This document shows, piece by piece, positions 8,161 to 16,900 of a stretch of DNA of 51,190 bases. Every line of letters starts with the position of its first letter. The first letter of the stretch is position 1. The notes under the pieces were generated by a model. That model saw only the letters and a list, made by a program, of their open reading frames with translations, was not told where the DNA came from and made no database searches. The position numbers and the translations under genes were made by a program. The DNA is from a virus (taxonomy: Duplodnaviria > Caudoviricetes), in the IMG/VR virus record IMGVR_UViG_3300017678_000009, positions 1-51,190 of that record. One strand, given 5' to 3'.

Positions 8161-8878
8161 CCGTGACGCGGCCCTGAGCGAAAAAGCCAAGCTGAAGAAC
8201 CCCAAGAGTCCTGAGTACGCGGCCGCGTCGATCATGCACAGCGATGCCGAGGAGCGCATCAAGCAGCTCCAGCATGACATTCGGTACTTCGAGAAGGAGA
8301 TCGACAAGATCATCGGCACGCCCGATTCGCTCGATCAGATGCAGCTCAACCTGAGCTTCGACCCGCCGCCGATGGAGAAGCCCAAGAAGGATGACGAGCA
8401 ACTGGAGTTTGGCGAAGGCGAGAAGAAGGTCAAGGCGGTGGGCAAGCCCGGTCCGGTGAAGCCCGACGCCCCCGATCCCAACGCCGGCACGGGCGTGAAG
8501 CAGCACTTGTCCGCCGACATCAAGGAGCTGGACCTGTCCGATGTGCTCATCAAGAAGCTCCGCGGCGAGGGCATCACCACGGTTGGGCAGTTGCGCTCGG
8601 CGAACGAGGCTCCCGGCGAGAGCCTGCAACACATGTTCGGGATCACCGATGACCAGGCGAACCAGATCGGCAAGGCCCTGGGCGCGTACCTGAAGAAGCA
8701 CGACAAGGCCGACGCCGAAGCCGACCGCGATGCCGAGGGCCTCACCAAGCGGGTGATGCGCATGGGACGCGGCAACGTCGATCCCCACGCCAGCGACGGC
8801 CCGCGCGTGATGCGCTCGCGTCCTCGCGTGGGCAAGGGTGCGACGAAGACGAAGGGCCGCAAGGTCTCTCGCAAGTAA
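8036..8878 (+). CDS. Coiled-coil protein with RNA polymerase alpha-CTD-like (HhH) domain
   Basis: GGAGA SD; DIKELDLSDVLIKKLRGEGITTVGQL resembles alpha-CTD IxELELSVR..NCL...GI.T.GDL. Confidence 0.7.
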   Translation: MSKEKLKFARGKPFPVEVCDALRELVGRKSVAQQNRENAFADRDAALSEKAKLKNPKSPEYAAASIMHSDAEERIKQLQHDIRYFEKEIDKIIGTPDSLDQMQLNLSFDPPPMEKPKKDDEQLEFGEGEKKVKAVGKPGPVKPDAPDPNAGTGVKQHLSADIKELDLSDVLIKKLRGEGITTVGQLRSANEAPGESLQHMFGITDDQANQIGKALGAYLKKHDKADAEADRDAEGLTKRVMRMGRGNVDPHASDGPRVMRSRPRVGKGATKTKGRKVSRK

Positions 8879-8926
8879 CACACGTCCCGCACGGGTGAGA
8901 GCGCGTGCGGGGTATTGGAGGTTCCC

Positions 8927-9163
8927 ATGCCCAAGAAGACGAATACCGAAGACACCGGCCGCATGAACATCAAACTGCGCAACGCGAGCGACATCGTGAG
9001 CGCGGTTGCAGCCAGGCGGCCGACCGTCGATACCGAATCGGTTTTGCTCGCCGTCCATCTGCGTGATGCGGAGTGGTCCGCCCAGATGCAGAAGTTCATC
9101 GGCCTCGCCGTGAAGCCCACGCATATGCCCCGCAAGCCAACCAAGCCCGTGGAGAAGAAGTGA
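8927..9163 (+). CDS. Hypothetical protein
   Basis: GGAGG SD, phage-like codon use, coupled to next gene. Confidence 0.7.
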   Translation: MPKKTNTEDTGRMNIKLRNASDIVSAVAARRPTVDTESVLLAVHLRDAEWSAQMQKFIGLAVKPTHMPRKPTKPVEKK

Positions 9164-9795
9164 TGCACATCGCGTTCAAACCCATGCCCGTTGCACCCCC
9201 ATGCCGCTCCGTCGCTCGATCTGCGCTGCACATGCGTTCGTCGGCAAGCGTCGCGATGATGAAACTCAGACAAGAGCTGACGAGGATTCATGCGACAGAC
9301 GTTGTTCTTGAAGCTGGCTTCAACGAAACCCAGCTTCGTAACGACGACTACCCCCGAGCTGACGCGAAGCCGTCGCACCCCCGCGTGCGACTCACGTTCA
9401 AGAAGGGCGGGAAGCTGGCGATGAGCATGACGTGCGGGGGCACAACGAATTGGTGGTACAACGTCCACCTGATCGCCGCGTCACTCGAGCGCATGCGGGC
9501 GTTGGATCGGTACGGCTGCATCCAGAGTGACGAGCAGTACCGCGGCTTCGCGTCGCTTCCGCCTGGCGTGAGTGTCCCGGTGCATGAGTGGGCAAGCGTG
9601 GAATCCGCGTGCCGCTATCTCTCCACCGTTGGCGGTGGGGTCTACATGGGCGAGCAGCCTGACGCCGAGATCCTGGATCGTCTCTATTCGCTCGCCGCCA
9701 AGCGTGCCCACCCCGACGCCGGCGGCAGCAACGAGCAGATGGCAAAGGTCAACCGCGCCCGCGACTACATCCGGGGGGTGTTGAATGGGAAGTAA
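9163..9795 (+). CDS. Phage J-domain (DnaJ-like) protein
   Basis: C-terminal LAAKRAHPDAGGSNEQMAKVNRA with HPD motif; LERMRALDRYG family motif. Confidence 0.85.
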   Translation: MHIAFKPMPVAPPCRSVARSALHMRSSASVAMMKLRQELTRIHATDVVLEAGFNETQLRNDDYPRADAKPSHPRVRLTFKKGGKLAMSMTCGGTTNWWYNVHLIAASLERMRALDRYGCIQSDEQYRGFASLPPGVSVPVHEWASVESACRYLSTVGGGVYMGEQPDAEILDRLYSLAAKRAHPDAGGSNEQMAKVNRARDYIRGVLNGK

Positions 9796-10126
9796 GCAAC
9801 GCCGCCAGCTCGCCCGCGCACGTCGCCGCGAGCAGATCAACAGCATGGTCATCGCCAACCTGAAGAACGATGTTGTCGAGCGACAGGTCGTGATCGACCA
9901 ATTAAAGAAGAAGATTGAGCACGCTGAAGCCCTGCTCGGCGCGTTGGGTGATCGTCCTGGTGATGTGCCCATGCTCCAGTACAACATCGTGTTCGGCGAG
10001 TACGAAATCCGCGTGATGTCGGGTTTGCAGCGAGAGTTCTTCGTCCGGCGTCACGGTGATCGGCTGCTCAAGCAGCTCAACGAGAAGTACCCGCCCGCCA
10101 ATGAGATTTCGAGGCTACGCCGATGA
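9785..10126 (+). CDS. Hypothetical protein
   Basis: Overlaps both neighbours in an operon-like arrangement. Confidence 0.7.
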   Translation: MGSKQRRQLARARRREQINSMVIANLKNDVVERQVVIDQLKKKIEHAEALLGALGDRPGDVPMLQYNIVFGEYEIRVMSGLQREFFVRRHGDRLLKQLNEKYPPANEISRLRR

Positions 10127-10695
10127 GCATCCTTCTCTCCATCGACCCCAGCTTGTCATGCACCGGCTGGGCGACGTTCGACATCACGGAACACAAGCTG
10201 CTCAACTGCGGTGTGGTGCAGGAGTCGGAAGGTGCTGATCTCGTCGCTCGATGCGATGACGTGGTTCGTCGCACGCTCGCGTCAGCGTTCAGCGTCCACG
10301 ACATGAGCGAAATCACCGATGTTGTGTTGGAACTGCCTCAGACGCAGGTGCATGGCATGGAGCGTTATGCGCAGGCGACGCTACCCAACTACGGCATGAT
10401 CGTCGGCTACTTCGCCGCATGGATCAAAGGCGGGATTCTGTTCCGGCCGCGTCTTCATCCCGTGACGGTGACGCAGTGGGCCTTGCGTTCGCCCACGGGC
10501 GGGAAGCAGAAGCCCCGCCGCGTCGCCGCTGTCCAGTACAGGTTTGGCTTGGACCTGCTGAATGGCCCCGACAAGCTCCCCAAAGACATCGCCGGCAACG
10601 CGGCCGACGCGATTCTCCTGGGTGATTGGTTTCTCAACCAAGCTGAGGCGGCCGTCCGTGCGCACCTTGCAGTGCATGGGGGGAAGAAGGCGTGA
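10123..10695 (+). CDS. RuvC-like Holliday junction resolvase
   Basis: LLSIDPSLSCTGWA, VVLE and NAADAILLG RNase H-fold motifs. Confidence 0.85.
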   Translation: MSILLSIDPSLSCTGWATFDITEHKLLNCGVVQESEGADLVARCDDVVRRTLASAFSVHDMSEITDVVLELPQTQVHGMERYAQATLPNYGMIVGYFAAWIKGGILFRPRLHPVTVTQWALRSPTGGKQKPRRVAAVQYRFGLDLLNGPDKLPKDIAGNAADAILLGDWFLNQAEAAVRAHLAVHGGKKA

Positions 10696-11744
10696 GCGTC
10701 ACCTACCGCTCATTCTGTTCCGGCATCGAGGCTGCCACCGTCGCGTGGCATCCGCTGGGCTGGCGCTGCCTCTCCGTCAGCGAGATCGACGATGCGGCGT
10801 GCAGCGTGCTCGCCCACCACTACCCCCATGTGCCCAACGTCGGCAACATGGAAACCTGCCTGCGCGGCAAGGACGTAGCACATGCAGACCTCTTTGTGGC
10901 CGGAACCCCCTGCCAGTCCTTCAGCGTCGCCGGGCTCCGCGAGGGACTACGCGACCCGCGTGGCAACCTGGCACTCGTCTATCTGGGCCTTGTTGACCGC
11001 CACCGGCCCAAGTGGGTGGTGTGGGAGAACGTCCCCGGCGTCCTGTCAAGCGGATCAGGACGGGACTTTGGTGCCTTCCTCGGGGCGTTGGGCAAGCTCG
11101 GGTATGGGTGGGCCTACCGAGTGCTGGACGCTCAATACATCCGAGTGGAATCACACGCTCGCGCCGTCCCCCAGCGCAGGAGACGTGTGTTCGTTGTCGG
11201 ACATCTTGGAAGCTGGCAGCGTGCCGCAGCGGTACTACTTGAGCGCGAAAGCCTGTGCGGGCATCCTGCGCCGAGCCGCAAGGCGGGGCAAGGCTTTGCC
11301 GGCACACTTGGAGGCGGCGCTGCGGGCCGTGGCTGGTCAGACGACACAGAGCGCATGACCTTCATCGCAGACGATGTGGCAGGCACGCTTTCACCGGGCG
11401 CGCATCCCGGCGGGGCCAATGGCCAAGACGCCCACACCAACATGCTTGTGCCCAGCGTCACAAGTGCAATGACCAGCAAGTGGGCCAAGGGCTCGGGCGG
11501 GCCAAGCGGTGACGAATGCCAGAACCTCGTCGCCCACGCCCTCACCCATACCGCCACCGTCCGCCGCCTCACCCCGCGCGAGTGCGAACGCCTGCAAGGC
11601 TTCCCCGACGACTACACGCTTGTCCCTCACAGCAAGAAGCTCACCAGCGACGCCGCCCGCTACCGCATGTTGGGCAACAGCATGGCCGTCAACGTGATGC
11701 GCTTCATCGGCGAGCGCATCGCCCTTGTGGAGACTATCTCGTGA
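10692..11744 (+). CDS. DNA (cytosine-5) methyltransferase
   Basis: FCSGIE (I), GTPCQSFS (IV), WENVPG (VI), QRRRRVF (VIII), RRLTPRECERLQGFP (IX), GNSM (X). Confidence 0.96.
   Translation: MSVTYRSFCSGIEAATVAWHPLGWRCLSVSEIDDAACSVLAHHYPHVPNVGNMETCLRGKDVAHADLFVAGTPCQSFSVAGLREGLRDPRGNLALVYLGLVDRHRPKWVVWENVPGVLSSGSGRDFGAFLGALGKLGYGWAYRVLDAQYIRVESHARAVPQRRRRVFVVGHLGSWQRAAAVLLERESLCGHPAPSRKAGQGFAGTLGGGAAGRGWSDDTERMTFIADDVAGTLSPGAHPGGANGQDAHTNMLVPSVTSAMTSKWAKGSGGPSGDECQNLVAHALTHTATVRRLTPRECERLQGFPDDYTLVPHSKKLTSDAARYRMLGNSMAVNVMRFIGERIALVETIS
10882..11358 (+). CDS. Overprinted alternative-frame polypeptide resembling the M.EcoHK31I beta subunit
   Basis: AAGGA SD 8 nt before ATG; SLSDILE....PQRYYLSAKACAGILRRAARRGK.LP..LE.AL. 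Confidence 0.65.
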   Translation: MQTSLWPEPPASPSASPGSARDYATRVATWHSSIWALLTATGPSGWCGRTSPASCQADQDGTLVPSSGRWASSGMGGPTECWTLNTSEWNHTLAPSPSAGDVCSLSDILEAGSVPQRYYLSAKACAGILRRAARRGKALPAHLEAALRAVAGQTTQSA

Positions 11745-12454
11745 GCACCACCGCCACCCGCATCCCGCTCGCCACCGCCACCACGCTCGCGGCCGCCTTC
11801 GCGAACGCGCTCGTGTCGATTGCATCGACCAAAGAGCAGCAAGACGCCGTGGCGGCCGGCGTCTTCGTCGGCTCCATCCGCCGCAAGAAGGCCGACATCG
11901 GCGACATCGAGATCGTGGCGCCATGCCCGCAAGGCATCGATCCCACATGGGCGACAAAGGCATGGATTGCCGATCCGTTCTTCACCGTCCTCAACGGCGT
12001 GCTTCGCAACGGCTCGCCCGTGCCCCAGAACACCGGACTGTTCAGCGGCAACGAGCAGGTCATCCCGCCCAAGAACGCGAAGAAGATCGCCACCGCTGTG
12101 CGAGGCGTCAAGCCTGGATTCAAGGCAGCGACCATCACGCTGCACGCTTGGCAGGGCACGCCACACGCGAGGGACATCAGCCTCCAGGTGTTCCGCGGAT
12201 ACCCCGGCCAGATGGGCTGGCTCACGCTCTACCGCACCGGCTCAGCCGAGTTCGCCGAGTGGTTCTTGGGCAAGTGGAAGGACCGCAACGGCATCCCCAA
12301 GGGTGATCCGAACTGGAAAGCGTCTATCGATGGGTGGCTGGTCGGTCGCGATCAAGAGCCCGTCAATGTGTTCACGGAAGAGGAAGCGTTCGACATGTGC
12401 GGGATCGCGTACATCCCGCCCGAAGAGCGCGACAGGTTCATGGAAGGACGGTAA
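11741..12454 (+). CDS. Minimal family X DNA polymerase (palm and thumb only)
   Basis: VGSIRRKKADIGDIEIV, YRTGSAEF and TEEEAF...GIAYIPPEER PolX motifs. Confidence 0.85.
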   Translation: MSTTATRIPLATATTLAAAFANALVSIASTKEQQDAVAAGVFVGSIRRKKADIGDIEIVAPCPQGIDPTWATKAWIADPFFTVLNGVLRNGSPVPQNTGLFSGNEQVIPPKNAKKIATAVRGVKPGFKAATITLHAWQGTPHARDISLQVFRGYPGQMGWLTLYRTGSAEFAEWFLGKWKDRNGIPKGDPNWKASIDGWLVGRDQEPVNVFTEEEAFDMCGIAYIPPEERDRFMEGR

Positions 12455-12457
12455 CGC

Positions 12458-12694
12458 ATGTTGGTGATCGCACGGCAATACGACGAAGAGACGGTTTTGC
12501 GCGATAGCGACGGCAAGCTGCTGTGCCGCGTGAAGGTGATGAGCATCCGCGGTGACAAAGTGCGCTTGGGATTCGACGCCCCACAAACCACGGTGATCGA
12601 CCGCGCCGAAGTGGATGAAGCCAAGCAGCAAGAGCAGCGGTTGCGCGAGCGCGAAGAGTCGGGCGAACAGCCCGGAAAGGACGATGCGGCATGA
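12458..12694 (+). CDS. csrA: CsrA/RsmA-like translational regulator
   Basis: MLVIAR...E...VKVMSIRGDKVRLGFDAP....IDRAEV. Confidence 0.85.
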   Translation: MLVIARQYDEETVLRDSDGKLLCRVKVMSIRGDKVRLGFDAPQTTVIDRAEVDEAKQQEQRLREREESGEQPGKDDAA

Positions 12695-13218
12695 GCGCCT
12701 TTCGAGATAGAAACGGAGCCGGCCTCACGGTGGGGCACCTGGTCGTGATCCAGGAGGGGCCGCACGACGGCCGCCTTGGCATCATCAAGTCCATGATGAT
12801 CCCGCCGCGCGGCGAGCAGCGCATCAACGTCGCGTTCACCACGGCCGAGACCGGCGAGAGCATGTGGTATCGCCCCGAGCAGGTTGTCCGCAACGCGGTG
12901 CAGAGCATGGCCCTGCTCACGATGCAGATGCATCGCGAGGCTCGCGAAGCCGGACGCGAATCTACCGAACGTCCCAACCCGATGGGCTTCGACTTGACCA
13001 CACTGCTCATCACACGCTCGTTCCGCAGCACCACATGCCCGTGTTGCGGCCGCGTGAAGCAGTCAAGCAATGCGTTCTGCTACAAGTGCTTCAAATCGTT
13101 GTCGCCATCGCTGCAACATGCCCTGTACCTGCGATTCGGCGAGGGGTATGAGGGAGCGTTCGCGGCCGCCCTGGCATCCCTCAAAGTCACCAAGCCCGTG
13201 ATTCCGGAGCAAGCATGA
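12691..13218 (+). CDS. Hypothetical protein with KOW-like N-terminus and C-terminal Zn finger
   Basis: VGHLVVIQEGPHDGRLG; CPCC...CYKC; ATGA coupling. Confidence 0.7.
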   Translation: MSAFRDRNGAGLTVGHLVVIQEGPHDGRLGIIKSMMIPPRGEQRINVAFTTAETGESMWYRPEQVVRNAVQSMALLTMQMHREAREAGRESTERPNPMGFDLTTLLITRSFRSTTCPCCGRVKQSSNAFCYKCFKSLSPSLQHALYLRFGEGYEGAFAAALASLKVTKPVIPEQA

Positions 13219-13463
13219 GCGTGTTTGCCAACATGTCAAATGACCAATGTTCCACGTGCGGAATGTACGTTCAGAACTGTGGATGTGGCTCGGGCATCGA
13301 GCGGCGATGTCGTGAGTGCGATGCACGGACAGCCGGCCACTTGTGCGCAGTGTGCTTGAATCACCTGTCAAAGCGAGCGAGGCAGTGCTACACGCACGGG
13401 CGTTTCCACGTCGTCAACTTGCAATTCGCATCCACACCGCTCAACACCAGGAGGCCGACATGA
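13215..13463 (+). CDS. Small Cys-rich protein
   Basis: ATGA coupling at both ends; multiple CxxC. Confidence 0.55.
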   Translation: MSVFANMSNDQCSTCGMYVQNCGCGSGIERRCRECDARTAGHLCAVCLNHLSKRARQCYTHGRFHVVNLQFASTPLNTRRPT

Positions 13464-13903
13464 CATCAGATCATTCAATTACCATGAGGCATCTGCGCAA
13501 ACAGCACGAAGATGTCATTGAACAAATGAAACACATCGAAGCTCGCGAGGATGTCATGCTCGCGCAGCTTGACATGCTCGAAGCAAGGATGCGCCGCGTG
13601 CGGGAGATTGCAAACGCCTCGTGGACGCCATGCGTCAGCGTCCAAGCGGGCCGCATTCAACGTCGGATCGTCCGCCGTCTTCGAGCGATGAAGATTACTG
13701 CTGATGCACTGGATGCACAGCATCGCCGCCTGCATGAGCGCGGCAACCAGATTTTCCACGAACACACCGCCCTCTTCCATCTGTCCATGAACAGCACTGT
13801 GCCGGGGAGGGTTCTTCTCGCTCAGACTACTCCTCTTCCTTCTGCATCGACGCCTCCACCGCCCGCCGCGCCGACGCCATCGGAGCCGCAAACGGGTTCC
13901 TAA
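13460..13903 (+). CDS. Hypothetical coiled-coil protein, last early gene
   Basis: AGGAGG SD; overlaps the convergent giant gene. Confidence 0.65.
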   Translation: MTSDHSITMRHLRKQHEDVIEQMKHIEAREDVMLAQLDMLEARMRRVREIANASWTPCVSVQAGRIQRRIVRRLRAMKITADALDAQHRRLHERGNQIFHEHTALFHLSMNSTVPGRVLLAQTTPLPSASTPPPPAAPTPSEPQTGS

Positions 13904-16900
13904 CCAAGCTCCCGCCGTTCTCGATGAATCTCATCAGCTCCACCAACGCCTTCTCGCCCGCGCGGTCCGCCTTCTTCTCATCCTCGCTGAACAGCTCGAT
14001 CATGGCTTGGATAAACCTCGCCGCCGACGTAGCTGTCTGATTCACGGCCGACGTCGCCATCGAATCGAACAGATCCACGCGGCCGCCGCCCAGGCCCGTC
14101 ACCAACCGCGGCACATCGCCGAGCAGCTTGTCCGCCATGAACGACATCCCGAACGACTCTTGAATCGCCCGGATGCTCGCCTTGCTTGCGGCCTGCGTCA
14201 GCCGTTCTTCATCGTCCTTCCCTTCCCCGACCAGGCTGGAGAAGATCCAGTCGATAAGTCCGGCCCCCAACGCCGTGTACAGGATGCTCCCCGTCATGGC
14301 AATCACAGCCCGCCGCCGCTCCTTGCCGCCGGCACGCCAGCCGCGATAGAGCTGGTTGAACGCGCTGGCCGCGTCGCTCGTGAACGCCGTCATCACCACG
14401 CCGGGGTTGTTGCGCAGTTTTGACGCAAACGTCGTCAGGTCCGTCGCGTCGCTGCTGTTGAGCACTTCGCGCAGTGCTTCCACGGTCTGTTCACGCACCC
14501 ACGTTTCGTCCTTGCCAAGCTCCTTTGCTCTGGCCGAGAAGCCCGCGTAGGCGATGCGCACGGGGATGGCGTCAAACCAGTTGGAAATGCGAACCGTCTC
14601 AGCCAGCTCCACCCATGCACGAACGGCAGCGCCCTTGATGTCGCCCACCGCCACGTCGGCCGCAAGCGCCCTGCTTGCCAATCGAGCCCGATCCAAGAGA
14701 TCCCGAAGAGACTGCCCGCTCTCCATCATCACCGCACTCGTGGGGTCACCCAGCGTGCTGTTCACGCTTGCCAGTGATCCTGCGTACCGACGTCGCACGT
14801 ATGGGATCTGCATCATCCCCTCGGCCGTGCCCTTCTTGAACATGCCACGCAACCCAGCCGCGAAGGCCTTGTTGTCGCGCATCGCCGCCCACAACCGCGG
14901 GACGCCCGCAAGCTGGGCCATCCAGCTCGTGAGCCTCAGCGCCGTCCTGGACGCCGACACCATGCGAGTGATGAACTGCGCAACCCGCGTTGCCTTCCCG
15001 CCGGCGTTGCGCAAGCCGCTCGCGTCGATCAGGATGTCCTTGATGCGAGCGGGCGCACGGTCCCCGTAGACGCCGGCCACAGCCTGCTTCACGTCCGGGT
15101 GCAGCAACACCAGGCGAGCGTTACGGATCGGCGTCGCCAACGCAATCACATCAGCCTGGCCGTTCACCGTCCGCGTCCAATCCTCGAAGAAGTCGCCGAT
15201 CAGGAGCGGTGTCGTCTTGTCTTCCTTGCGGTTGATCGTGAATCCCGCGTTCTCGATGTAACGTGTCTCACCTTCCGAATCGAATAGCTCCATTTCCTCG
15301 GCGCCAAACTGAACTTCGCGGTCGAGTGTGCGGGGTTCATAGTTGAACTCCTTGATAGGTTCGTACCCCTTGATGGCACGAATGACAGCCTGGACCGCCG
15401 GGAACATCCGCTCGCGTGCTCGCTTCATCTCGTCGATAGCTTCGCGCAGTGCCGGCGGAAGCGCGTCACGCACCGCGTCAACGTCCTTGTCGGTGATCGT
15501 CGTCAGGGTGATGGACGCAAGCCCAGCATCCCGGAACCGGATCGACTTGCCTTGCCGAATCAGCCGCCACGTCGAAACGTCCTGAAACGTCGAGTAGAGC
15601 TTGGCGAGCTGGCCGTACGTGAGCTGCAAGTTCTCGCCGGCCAAACGCACAGGCACCCGCACATGCAGCCCTTCGCCCAGCGAGCCCGACGTCACCGCCA
15701 TCAAGTGCGCGAGGTTCTGATACCCCGCGTTCATGGCAGCCACGTTTGCGGCCGACAATGCCGCTTCGCGCAGCTCAAACGAACGAAGTGTGCCATCTTC
15801 AATGGCCTTGAACAACTGGCCGACCGTCCCGTTCATACCCACCCAGATGTCATCCAGCGCGGCCGCGATCGTGCGGGCGTTGAAGTTGCCCCGGACAAAC
15901 CACTCTTTGAACCAGCCCGGCTGCTTGCGCGTGACGCCATCGTCCTCCACGCCAAGCTGCTTGCGCTTCTCCATCGCCTTCAGCACAGCGACCCGAGCCG
16001 CGTCCGCATCCAGCCACGTCTCCAGCCGGATCAGCTTGTTGGCGACGCGCACTTCATGCACGATTGCCCGCATCCGCTCGGCGATGTTGACCAGTTCATC
16101 CGCTGCCAATCCCGCCGACGCGAGCGGCGCCGTCGCTTGGCGGTAGTTGTCGTCAAACTGTGCCTTTAGGTCCGCCAGCTTGGTGCGAGCGTCTTCGGTC
16201 ATCCGTCCCAGCACCGCGCGGCTTGTCATGCGGTCGGCGATCTTGCGCGCCGATCGCGTCACATCCTTCACCTGCAACTCGTCCGCCTTCTGCATCGCGT
16301 CCAGGACGTCACGCAAGCTCTTGGCGTCGCGAACCTGGGTGATGAAGTTGCCGCGCAGGCGAACCGGGAGTTCGCGAGCGACGTTGGTGACCGCACCGCG
16401 CACCGCGGATTGGATGCTGACCTGAAGCCGCTTCTCCAAAAGAGCCTGCTCGGTGTCGCTCAGCTTGCCGCGCAGCTTGTCCGTCCGCTCTCGCTCGGCC
16501 ACGAGCTGATTCATCGTCTTGGCGAGTGCGCGCCGTGTCTTGGACAATGCCGACCGGGATTCGCGGTACTCGCTCAGCAACGTCTTACCGAACAGTTTGG
16601 CGTCGTCCACCTTTGCGGCCAGTTGGTCCGCTCGCCGCTGGGCGCTCGCAAGTGCTCGGGCCTGGGCTTTGGTGTCGCGAGTCAACGCACGACGGGCGCG
16701 CTCGAGCATCCCCAACCGGATGTTTGCGGATTGCTGTTGCTTCTCCAGTTTCGTGATGGTCCGGTCGGACTTGCGCTGGGCGCGGCTTTCAATCGCCCGC
16801 GTCTGTCCCGCCCGCTTCGCGGCCGCCTGCGCAAGATTGAACATCATCGCGCCCAATTCGTTGAACGGGTTGTACACCGCGCCACGTCGGCGGGAGAACG

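Noticed and set aside
803-11744. Restriction-modification system
   Set aside because: Both methylases are orphans in different elements; no cognate endonuclease seen
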